This document shows, piece by piece, positions 21,080-28,732 of a DNA stretch of 64,000 nt. The notes beneath the pieces are model-generated. The model had not been told where the DNA came from. It made no database searches and saw nothing but the letters and a program-made list of their open reading frames with translations. The stretch lies in sequence record OR844650.1, one strand, 5' to 3'. Positions within the stretch are counted from its first letter, which is position 1, and every line of letters begins with the position of its first letter. The translations under genes and the position numbers were made by a program.

Positions 21080-21520
21080 TTATTGTAAAACTTTAAGTTT
21101 GTAAAGTGTTCCTTCAACAAAACTCATAATATCTTCTAATGTGTTTACACTGCCGTAATCACCTGATTCTTCAAGCATATCATGAATTGCTCTACATTGC
21201 TCAACATATTCTTCAAGAATTGGTACACAATCTTCAATTGGTGTAAAACGATAACTATTACCAGTTCCAACTTGTAAAGCACCACGATTATTCATGATAC
21301 CTTCAACAAATGCGTCTACATATTCTGGTAATTCTTTATATAGTTCATCTAATTGTAAATGCTTTGTATAAAAATGACATTGTAAGTGCCAGTTATGTGC
21401 AGCAGAACTTAAAAACAAACTATTTTCAATAAAAGTTAATAGTACTTCATCATACGAATTATCTTCTTCAGTACTTCCGATAAAGTCCATTACGTGTCGT
21501 AAATCATTAATATCTTCCAT
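21080..21520 (-). CDS. Ferritin/Dps-like four-helix protein
   Basis: AAHNWHLQ..KHLQLDELY..VDAFVE and C-terminal TLYKL; upstream TAAATA. Confidence 0.7.
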   Translation of the reverse strand: MEDINDLRHVMDFIGSTEEDNSYDEVLLTFIENSLFLSSAAHNWHLQCHFYTKHLQLDELYKELPEYVDAFVEGIMNNRGALQVGTGNSYRFTPIEDCVPILEEYVEQCRAIHDMLEESGDYGSVNTLEDIMSFVEGTLYKLKVLQ

Positions 21521-21552
21521 AATATCTCTCCTTAGAGTTATTCTCTTATTAT

Positions 21553-21981
21553 TTAGTTAATAATAAAGGTAATTTCAGGATTCATTTCAGAAACTGCATT
21601 GCGTTTACTTCTATCCCATAGTATTCTGTTATTATACAAAGAAGAATCACATACTACAAGTAAGCAATTTCTTAATCTACTTACAGTACTTTGATTATTT
21701 AAATCAGTTTCTGAAATAAAAAATACATTTTCAGGAACTACTAAAGGAATAGATTTATCAAAAAACAAAACTACAATAGGTCTTGTTGTATGAACTGATT
21801 TAACGAAATCCAAAATACTATTATAAAAATTAGTTTCTTTAGTAATTACTGACGGATCTTTAATTCTTTTCAAATATTGCTGTGGTAATTGATGTTCGTC
21901 TTTTATCTGAAACTCAAAATATTCTTTGAATAACATTTGTGTTAATTCGGATTTATCGGATATTTTCGTTGTGTTACTCAT
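21553..21981 (-). CDS. Hypothetical protein
   Basis: 142-aa ORF immediately downstream of the structured non-coding region. Confidence 0.6.
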   Translation of the reverse strand: MSNTTKISDKSELTQMLFKEYFEFQIKDEHQLPQQYLKRIKDPSVITKETNFYNSILDFVKSVHTTRPIVVLFFDKSIPLVVPENVFFISETDLNNQSTVSRLRNCLLVVCDSSLYNNRILWDRSKRNAVSEMNPEITFIIN

Positions 21982-22121
21982 TCACTTCGTTCTCTCGTAA
22001 CTCAAGAAGTCACTGCGTTTACTTCGTAAACTAGTTCCTTCTGAAAATGATAATGTACTTTAAAAACTTGACGGGATTTGTTGAGGACTATTACATCCCC
22101 CCGCAGGGGAATGAAGGTAAT

Positions 22122-22147
22122 AAAAAAGAGACAATTAAGTCTCTCTT
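22122..22147 (-). terminator. Intrinsic terminator
   Basis: Minus strand AGAGAC-TTAATT-GTCTCT followed by a T-run. Confidence 0.7.
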
Positions 22148-22183
22148 GACGATGATGGCATCGGATATTATCGAATTGCGAAT

Positions 22184-22365
22184 TTCTCAAATTTTGGACG
22201 GATCTTTCTTGTACCAAAATTTAGAGAGCGAAAGCGGGTTGCTCGGTTTCTCTCTATCGCAGTCATATGCAACGGTCGCTGGTCTTTTCATCAACAGCAC
22301 TCAGTACTAACTCTATTCGATCAAAGTAGTACTTGTTCTCAAATTTTGGACGCAACTTTCTTGTA
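22184..22365. repeat. 30-bp direct repeat, two copies (22184-22213, 22336-22365)
   Basis: TTCTCAAATTTTGGACG-(GATC/CAAC)-TTTCTTGTA; 28/30 identical. Confidence 0.9.
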
Positions 22366-22642
22366 AAAATTGCGTCCGCTATCCTTGAACTCCCTTAGCA
22401 AATCTGGTAAGGTGCGAACCTTATACATCTATCTAGGAACTCTCTGTATGCTTATCGGAGTTCTTTATACAGCCGTGTCGCCGTGATTCGTGGTCTTACA
22501 TCGTGTTTGTTTGAATGCCAGTACTCTAACAGGTTTCTTCTGCTGTTCGCTACAACGGTAAAGCTCATCTATCCTTTACATTTTCAAGAGAAGTAGGTTC
22601 TCAGTGTCCATTTTTCAATGTCCGTTGTCATTTTCTATATAC

Positions 22643-22670
22643 ATTATATCATTGGAACATATAATGTCCC
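22643..22670 (-). promoter_or_regulatory. Promoter GGGACA-N16-TATAAT with extended -10
   Basis: GGGACA ttatatgttccaatga TATAAT. Confidence 0.65.
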
Positions 22671-22671
22671 A

Positions 22672-23070
22672 TTACATGTATACTTTTTTTAAATCCTTAG
22701 AACAACGATCAAAAATTGTGTTTATGAATTCAACATCTTCGATAATATTCGAATCGTTAGCAACATTTTCATTTCTTGTCGTGTTCCTATATGTGTGTTC
22801 AGGATGATTGTATACCACCTTGACTACATTATTTAGGTCTATAAAATTTGACGTTTTTTGCGTATATGAAGCCTGAAGCTTGATGAGTTTACCATCATTC
22901 TCAAGATTGGTTTTATGAATTAGTTCTTCAATACCAGTTAAATGGCTATAGCTATCTTTTTCTTTTACAAAAGTAATAGTAACAAGAACTGCTTTCTCAT
23001 CTCCCATATCGGAAATGTTTTTTACAGCACTGATAATTTCTAAGTTTGAAAAATCTAATTCTTTAAGCAT
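22672..23070 (-). CDS. Hypothetical protein
   Basis: 132-aa tiling ORF. Confidence 0.6.
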   Translation of the reverse strand: MLKELDFSNLEIISAVKNISDMGDEKAVLVTITFVKEKDSYSHLTGIEELIHKTNLENDGKLIKLQASYTQKTSNFIDLNNVVKVVYNHPEHTYRNTTRNENVANDSNIIEDVEFINTIFDRCSKDLKKVYM

Positions 23071-23071
23071 T

Positions 23072-23428
23072 TTACAAATATTTCCACAAAGTTCGATAAG
23101 TGATAATTTCTTCTCTGGTTACAGAAACTTCATTGCACTTAACACCATCAGTTTCATTACTGAATGGTTGTACTGGTCTATCTTCTGTTAAACCTCGTTC
23201 ATAAGTACAATGATAAAACTTATTTGTACTCATGTCAAGAAATACGAGATCAAATTCTTCAGTCCATCTTCTGTGCCCTTTGCTTTCATTGCAGATGATT
23301 TTATATTTTACATCTGGTTTAAAAGTTTCAGTACTGTCATCCCATGCACCATAGTCAGTATATTCATCATTTTCATCTAACTCTGCTAGATGCCACATTA
23401 ATTGTGGTAAAAAGATTTTAGATTTCAT
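23072..23428 (-). CDS. Hypothetical protein
   Basis: 118 aa with GGAG SD. Confidence 0.65.
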   Translation of the reverse strand: MKSKIFLPQLMWHLAELDENDEYTDYGAWDDSTETFKPDVKYKIICNESKGHRRWTEEFDLVFLDMSTNKFYHCTYERGLTEDRPVQPFSNETDGVKCNEVSVTREEIITYRTLWKYL

Positions 23429-23480
23429 TTATTTTCTCCAAAAAAAAGGACTTGAATACTCAAGTCCTTATAATATCATA

Positions 23481-24092
23481 TCAATCATGTTTATTCAATT
23501 TCTTCTGTTCTTTTTTCAAAGCTTTCATATGACGACCAAACTCTCGAACATGCCATAGATGATCAGTTTCCCATAATTCTTGACGTAACCTACGTTCTTC
23601 TAGTAGTTTCGACTTGTCAATGTTATTTTTCTTTTTTTGTACATTAAAGAAATTATTCATATGTTCTTGGAGAAGATTACGACCTTTAACTTTCTCAAGA
23701 AACTCATCAACTGTTTCAGTTTTATTCGAACGTAGTTGATTACATCTGGAGCACATAGTATTAAAGTTTGACTCTAAATCAGGTCCACCCTTAGATGCCA
23801 GATGATTATGGTCAACTGTCATTAAAACTTCATAAAGACCACATACAGCATATACATTTAAATGTGGTTTACCATATACTGGATCAGAACAAAATGAACG
23901 TTCAATGCGTACTTCAGTGGCTTCAATCCCACATGCCACGCATTTTGGATTCTTAATAAATGTAAGAACTTTTTGTGGGAAATACCTAAAAGTAATTCCA
24001 TTTAAAGTGTAGCGTTTCATCTTAGTACTTCGTTGATTTAATTCGTCAAGAAGTGATAATTTTGTCGTATAGTAAACATGATATTTGTTCAT
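23481..24092 (-). CDS. HNH endonuclease-domain protein
   Basis: CVACG..TVDHNHLASKGG..NFNTMCSRCNQLRSN. Start moved to ATG 24092, which has an AAGGA SD. Confidence 0.8.
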   Translation of the reverse strand: MNKYHVYYTTKLSLLDELNQRSTKMKRYTLNGITFRYFPQKVLTFIKNPKCVACGIEATEVRIERSFCSDPVYGKPHLNVYAVCGLYEVLMTVDHNHLASKGGPDLESNFNTMCSRCNQLRSNKTETVDEFLEKVKGRNLLQEHMNNFFNVQKKKNNIDKSKLLEERRLRQELWETDHLWHVREFGRHMKALKKEQKKLNKHD

Positions 24093-24093
24093 T

Positions 24094-24402
24094 TTATTCC
24101 TTGATATTGATTTTAATATCTTTACCTTGTAAATCACGAATAGTTTTAATCAATGCGTCATGTTTTAAAGCACATTCATTGTAGACTGCATCCCAACGAG
24201 TAAGTACTTTAAGAATTTCTGCACCATCATAACCTTTAAAACCATTTTTGTCAATCATAATTTTTTGTGGTAGAGGTGTATCATCATCACATCTTTCTAA
24301 CAGAATTTCTTGTTTAATTGGAGCAGGGGATTGTAGTTTTACTTGTTCGGCACATCCACTTATAATTAAAAAAGAAATAAACGGAACTAATAATTTTTTC
24401 AT
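24094..24402 (-). CDS. o-spanin (Rz1-like lipoprotein)
   Basis: Lipobox FLIISG-C, Pro-rich mature part, late Cys; overlaps the i-spanin stop. Confidence 0.75.
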   Translation of the reverse strand: MKKLLVPFISFLIISGCAEQVKLQSPAPIKQEILLERCDDDTPLPQKIMIDKNGFKGYDGAEILKVLTRWDAVYNECALKHDALIKTIRDLQGKDIKINIKE

Positions 24403-24773
24403 TTGAATTTATTCCTCGCAGCTTGAGAATTTTGTTTTAGTTCATTCAGTACTTTTACACCATCTTCATCTAAACATACATTCTTATAAACTTCACGTTC
24501 TACAATAAAAGGAACCTTTGTTTCAATAACTTTAGCATTATCTTCCATGATTTTTTTCGTTTCAAGGTAATTTTTTGCATTTTCTTGTTGCATTTTATCC
24601 AAGGCGGTATCAACTTTTTTAGCTATTTGTTGCTCTATGCTTTGTTGATAGCCACTGTAATAAGTATTAGCTTCCCAACCAGCATAAGCTGAACCGCCAA
24701 TTAATAATACAAAAGAAATTGGTTTCCAAAATGGAATAAGAATTTTTGAAACAATTATTTCTAACATACTCAT
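24399..24773 (-). CDS. i-spanin (Rz-like)
   Basis: N-terminal TM, coiled coil, VEREVYKNVCLDEDG; late promoter upstream. Confidence 0.75.
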   Translation of the reverse strand: MSMLEIIVSKILIPFWKPISFVLLIGGSAYAGWEANTYYSGYQQSIEQQIAKKVDTALDKMQQENAKNYLETKKIMEDNAKVIETKVPFIVEREVYKNVCLDEDGVKVLNELKQNSQAARNKFK

Positions 24774-24826
24774 AATAATATCTCCTATAGTTGATGATAT
24801 TATTTAGAGTATACAATTGTATAGTT

Positions 24827-25246
24827 TTACAACATTTTTTGAATATGTTCTACTAGTTCATACAGCTTAGTTTCATTATTCTCGAACTTTTCATCAACTT
24901 CAACATTGAATTTTTCTTCTAGTTCCATTACCATTTCAATCCAATCAAGCCAATCAAAATTGAATTTTTCTTCGACTTCCAATTTAGTAAGATTGAAGTT
25001 CGCTGATACATCATTCTCTGATGTATCACAGTAACGAGTAGTGATGAATTTGACAATTTCTTTTTCAACATCGTTTAATTCACGAGTTTGATATTCGGGC
25101 TGAAGATACCACCATTCTCCCTTATTAATAGATTCCAATTCTTGTTTGATTTCATGCATTACTTTATAACGGTCAGTACTTTTATCAATAGAATTTACTT
25201 CTTGGTTCAATACATGTAGTGCATTTTTAATACGTTCATTTAACAT
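24827..25246 (-). CDS. Acyl carrier protein-like protein (DWLD instead of DSLD)
   Basis: FDWLDWIEMVMELEEKFNVEV matches ACP helix II (DSLDTVELVMALEEEF) except at the Ser; carries an extra N-terminal domain. Confidence 0.7.
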   Translation of the reverse strand: MLNERIKNALHVLNQEVNSIDKSTDRYKVMHEIKQELESINKGEWWYLQPEYQTRELNDVEKEIVKFITTRYCDTSENDVSANFNLTKLEVEEKFNFDWLDWIEMVMELEEKFNVEVDEKFENNETKLYELVEHIQKML

Positions 25247-25290
25247 TTTATCACCTTATAAAAAAAGAGAACTCCATATGAAGTTCTCTG

Positions 25291-25319
25291 ATTATACATA
25301 ATTACTTTTTCTATGTCAA
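25291..25319 (-). promoter_or_regulatory. Consensus sigma70 promoter
   Basis: TTGACA-N17-TATAAT with TG extension; overlaps the terminator hairpin at 25260-25290. Confidence 0.85.
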
Positions 25320-25431
25320 GTTATAAATCACGGAAACGATTTGGTGTGCCAGACTTAATCCTTGCGTTAATTTATATTGAGTATTTATCGAGTATAATGG
25401 CATTTTTAGTACCATTATACACTTGTATATG

Positions 25432-26664
25432 TTACTTATACCATTGCATTTCTCTAATATCAATGATAATTTTTGATGCTAACTTGATGTTTGGTTTTTT
25501 AGGAAGTACTGATTTCTTATATAGAACATCACGAATGTATTGTACTTTATCATCGAAATATTCTAATACTTCTTCATACTTCCATTTACCATTACGAATA
25601 TCCATCAACATTTGTGCATCTGGTCGTTTAACTTGAATAATTCCACTTTGTAATGCTTCTTCTGCACTATTCAAAAGTCGGATTGTGTGCATAGCATGTT
25701 TACAATCGTATCCGTGTTGTGATTCTAAAATAGCACGTTTGGCATTACGATTTTCTTTCCATTTATGATAACTTTTCCTATTCTCACTATTTTCCTGATA
25801 TTCTTTTTCGTTAAATTTGACAATTAGTTCTGGTTTGGTTTTCAACTCTTCAGTACTACGCTCTTTAGAAAAATAACGCAATGATCCATCACCGTTGATA
25901 GTGCTTTCATTCGGATTTTTAATAATCGCAAAAATGTTTTCTCCGTAATGAATTAGTTCATAACCATTATTAAAATTCAATAAATTGAAATCACGATCAA
26001 GAATTTTTTCAGTAGTGTAGTTATGCACTAATCTTACGAAATGATATTGCTTTAATGGATTTTTCGAAACTAACTGTAATGATGTATCACGCATATATTT
26101 TTCAAAATCAATCTTTTTAGCATTAAATGGATGTAAGTTGGATGTATCTAAACGTTCAACAAGATACTGTGGGAATGAATCATACATCCACGCAAGAACC
26201 TCATCGGCAGGGTGTTCTTCTAAAATCTCATTTAATCGTTTTTCAGCAATACGCTCTTTATCCATCCAACCGTGATGATTTGTCATACGCTTAATCTGAT
26301 TATATGCATATCCAGTATATGAAAATGCAATCTTAGAACTAAGAAGTTTTTGGTTAAATGAACGAAGATAGTCATAAATCTCAGTACTTTCCACAATGTG
26401 TTCAGGTTCAACCCAAAGTGATTCAAGAATATTAGGGTTAGCTTCAGTGTATAATTTTAAATACTGATTCAACTCATAGAATTTAGTATCTTCTTCGCTT
26501 TTGTCAGCTACCTCTTTGACCTTATAGAAGGGTGTAAGAATAAATTCTTTATTAGCAAGAAAAATACCACGATAATCAGTATCACTTTCCGGTGTACTGG
26601 TTCCGTAGGCTTGTGACCCAGCCAAGTGTTTCACTATTGTTTGTTCAATATATTGGTTATTCAT
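25432..26664 (-). CDS. Pol-beta superfamily nucleotidyltransferase (RlaP/NrdC.11-like)
   Basis: LAGSQAYGTSTPESDTDYRG, NPNILESLW, GYAYNQ, GYDCKHAMHTIRLL. Confidence 0.8.
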   Translation of the reverse strand: MNNQYIEQTIVKHLAGSQAYGTSTPESDTDYRGIFLANKEFILTPFYKVKEVADKSEEDTKFYELNQYLKLYTEANPNILESLWVEPEHIVESTEIYDYLRSFNQKLLSSKIAFSYTGYAYNQIKRMTNHHGWMDKERIAEKRLNEILEEHPADEVLAWMYDSFPQYLVERLDTSNLHPFNAKKIDFEKYMRDTSLQLVSKNPLKQYHFVRLVHNYTTEKILDRDFNLLNFNNGYELIHYGENIFAIIKNPNESTINGDGSLRYFSKERSTEELKTKPELIVKFNEKEYQENSENRKSYHKWKENRNAKRAILESQHGYDCKHAMHTIRLLNSAEEALQSGIIQVKRPDAQMLMDIRNGKWKYEEVLEYFDDKVQYIRDVLYKKSVLPKKPNIKLASKIIIDIREMQWYK

Positions 26665-27062
26665 AGATAAATTGTTAACTCCTTTAAGAAACCATTATAA
26701 TAACGATTAAAGTCATGTTCTAATGTTTTATAATCATCAAAACTAAAACCTAAATTGATAATTGTATCTTCTTGAAAGAAAGTTTCTTCATTCATACATT
26801 CAATAGGTTCGTAATTAATTCCACCTTTGAAAACTTTTGTAAAAAACATTCCATCATTATTAATTTCAACATACATAAAATTATTTTCTGGGTCACGAGG
26901 ACAGACGATATTCAGTGAACTATTTCCACTTGTATTGTACTCATAAGAAATTATATCAAAAGAATCAATACCATAACACTTAGATTTTTCTTTATCGCCA
27001 AATACTTTTCTATCTGTACTCATATTGCGTATAGTGCTATAGATATCATCAACTGTAGTCAT
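26661..27062 (-). CDS. Hypothetical protein, family A-like
   Basis: C-terminal NEETFFQEDTIINLGFSFDDY. Confidence 0.6.
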   Translation of the reverse strand: MTTVDDIYSTIRNMSTDRKVFGDKEKSKCYGIDSFDIISYEYNTSGNSSLNIVCPRDPENNFMYVEINNDGMFFTKVFKGGINYEPIECMNEETFFQEDTIINLGFSFDDYKTLEHDFNRYYNGFLKELTIYL

Positions 27063-27064
27063 AG

Positions 27065-27574
27065 TTAACCACCATACTTTGACTTGTATGTTTCAAGTGA
27101 TAAAGATATACGATTTTGCTTTTTAATTCTTTCATCAATATCCTTTGAATTCTTCACACTTCGGTATACGTCAGCTAATAAATTATAATCTTCTTTATTT
27201 GAGCTATGCTGTGCCCAACCTATCTCTGTTTTAATACGAACATTTGCTTTATTTGACGAGTAAAAGAAACTGAATCCATTGGACCCATCAAAAATATCAA
27301 AAGTATCTACCCAATCACCATAAGGAAAGCTCATTGGAACTGACTCATGGTCTATTGTGATATCCGATAAATTTTTTGAACAGTACTTCGCAAAGTGATA
27401 AACGATTGGATCGCATTTTGATAATTCGTATTTGTATTCAATGATAGTTTTTCTATTAGCATCATTGATAGCATATTCTTTTATCAATGGACTTTTTTTG
27501 ATGATAAGAGTCCATAGAAACGATTCTAATCCGGTTTCATCAACTTTTTGTTTCTTTTTGAAAAATGAAATCAT
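27065..27574 (-). CDS. Hypothetical protein, paralog family C
   Basis: KSPLI..DANRKTIIEYKYELSK. Confidence 0.65.
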   Translation of the reverse strand: MISFFKKKQKVDETGLESFLWTLIIKKSPLIKEYAINDANRKTIIEYKYELSKCDPIVYHFAKYCSKNLSDITIDHESVPMSFPYGDWVDTFDIFDGSNGFSFFYSSNKANVRIKTEIGWAQHSSNKEDYNLLADVYRSVKNSKDIDERIKKQNRISLSLETYKSKYGG

Positions 27575-28092
27575 TTATATAAACCCTTAATTTTCTGTCT
27601 ATTATGTATATCATTTTGCTGGATTTTCAATTTAGTAAGGTTGTTTCTTACACCTTCAACTCCACGCATTATTTGTAACATAATTAGTGATTCGTCATAT
27701 GTTAGGACATTGCTATTATTATCGATATATACTTTCACTCCACTTTCAAGATAATCATTTTCTTTGGAGTTAAAGTTTCTAATAACAAACTTAACGCCAT
27801 TTGATGCATCACTGAAAACATATCGTTCCGCACCGTAGAATGTTTTTCCACGAAATAAACCGCCGTCTTCCCACTTCCAACGACTAGATTCATAATCATT
27901 AACGTAATCAATGATTAAAGAAAGTAAAGGGTGTTTGCTCAATTTATATTTTGCATCTAACAGGATACGTCTATCATTATCTGTGGTGATAATATCCTTT
28001 AGTGAGTAGCTTTTAGATATAATTTTAAAGATAATTTCATGCCAAATTAAAGTACTGTTTTGTTTTCCAACTGATCCAAAAAACATATCCAT
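27571..28092 (-). CDS. Hypothetical protein, paralog family C
   Basis: KSYSL..DNDRRILLDAKYKLSK. Confidence 0.65.
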   Translation of the reverse strand: MDMFFGSVGKQNSTLIWHEIIFKIISKSYSLKDIITTDNDRRILLDAKYKLSKHPLLSLIIDYVNDYESSRWKWEDGGLFRGKTFYGAERYVFSDASNGVKFVIRNFNSKENDYLESGVKVYIDNNSNVLTYDESLIMLQIMRGVEGVRNNLTKLKIQQNDIHNRQKIKGLYK

Positions 28093-28098
28093 TCCTCA

Positions 28099-28665
28099 TT
28101 AGTATAAATCAGTAATGTCTTTGTATGCATTAATCTGTTTTTGTTGTAATGAAAGTTCATTGAGTTTAGTTACCATCTTATCTACACCAACACGTGTATA
28201 GAAAATAATTAATGAATCTAAATTGCCTAGAGTAATTCTTGAACTGTAAGTTGAAAGTTTTCTTGCATAAACATAAATTTCTTCTTCACTTGGTAAACGT
28301 TTCTCAATCTGCAAGTTTTCCACACCATTCGGCTCATAATCAATCTCGAACTCTACGCCTATCACTGTGTCTTGAATGCGATCCGTATATGAACCACCGT
28401 AAAAATACTCTCTTGGTTTGGCTCTCCAACGAGGACTAAATGGGTCAGATGCATATTCTTTTACAAATTTGTAAAAGGACATTTTACTGAGCATATACTT
28501 CATCTCAATTAGTGCTTTGCGGTCATCATCAGTTTTAAACTCTGCTTTGAGCGATGGACTTTTACACAGTAACTTAACTAAATTGATGTACATCTTTAAT
28601 GTACGTTGTTCTTTCATTTCTTTGATTTTGTGACGTTTTGGTGGCGGTAATAAAGATTTGACCAT
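28099..28665 (-). CDS. Hypothetical protein, paralog family C
   Basis: KSPSL..DDDRKALIEMKYMLSK. Confidence 0.65.
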   Translation of the reverse strand: MVKSLLPPPKRHKIKEMKEQRTLKMYINLVKLLCKSPSLKAEFKTDDDRKALIEMKYMLSKMSFYKFVKEYASDPFSPRWRAKPREYFYGGSYTDRIQDTVIGVEFEIDYEPNGVENLQIEKRLPSEEEIYVYARKLSTYSSRITLGNLDSLIIFYTRVGVDKMVTKLNELSLQQKQINAYKDITDLY

Positions 28666-28687
28666 AATTTCCTCCTATTTTTATTCA

Positions 28688-28716
28688 ATTATACACATAA
28701 AAGAAAAGCCCGTCAA
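28688..28716 (-). promoter_or_regulatory. Sigma70 promoter with its -35 inside a terminator hairpin
   Basis: TTGACG-N17-TATAAT with TG extension; hairpin AAAGCTCGTC/GACGGGCTTT plus T-run. Confidence 0.8.
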
Positions 28717-28732
28717 TAGACGAGCTTTAAAT

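Larger units (their letters stand above)
22120..22640 (-). ncRNA. Candidate ~510-nt structured non-coding RNA
   Basis: Promoter at 22643-22670, terminator AGAGAC-TTAATT-GTCTC-T6 at 22122-22147, at least 6 hairpins, higher GC than the flanks, no convincing ORF on the transcribed strand. Confidence 0.5.

Noticed and set aside
22002-22310. ORFs 22002-22217 (-) and 22047-22310 (+)
   Set aside because: No SD, they overlap each other on opposite strands, and they run through a terminator and several hairpins; more likely by-products of a GC-richer non-coding region. Not excluded without ribosome profiling.
22184-22365. CRISPR mini-array
   Set aside because: Only two repeat copies 152 bp apart, the interval is far longer than a spacer, and there is no cas gene in the window.
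22120-22640. tmRNA, RNase P RNA, tRNA cluster or group I intron
   Set aside because: No tRNA-like acceptor or T-arm ends, no GAGGAAAGUCC-type RNase P motif, no recognisable P7 elements, and no interrupted host gene.
23481-24092. HNH gene as a mobile homing element
   Set aside because: Free-standing, with no interrupted gene or flanking repeats; kept as a CDS only.
25320-25430. 30-codon ORF or small RNA between the nucleotidyltransferase and ACP-like genes
   Set aside because: No SD, only a weak hairpin and no terminator of its own; there is a TATAATGG/CCATTATA inverted repeat but too little to call a feature.
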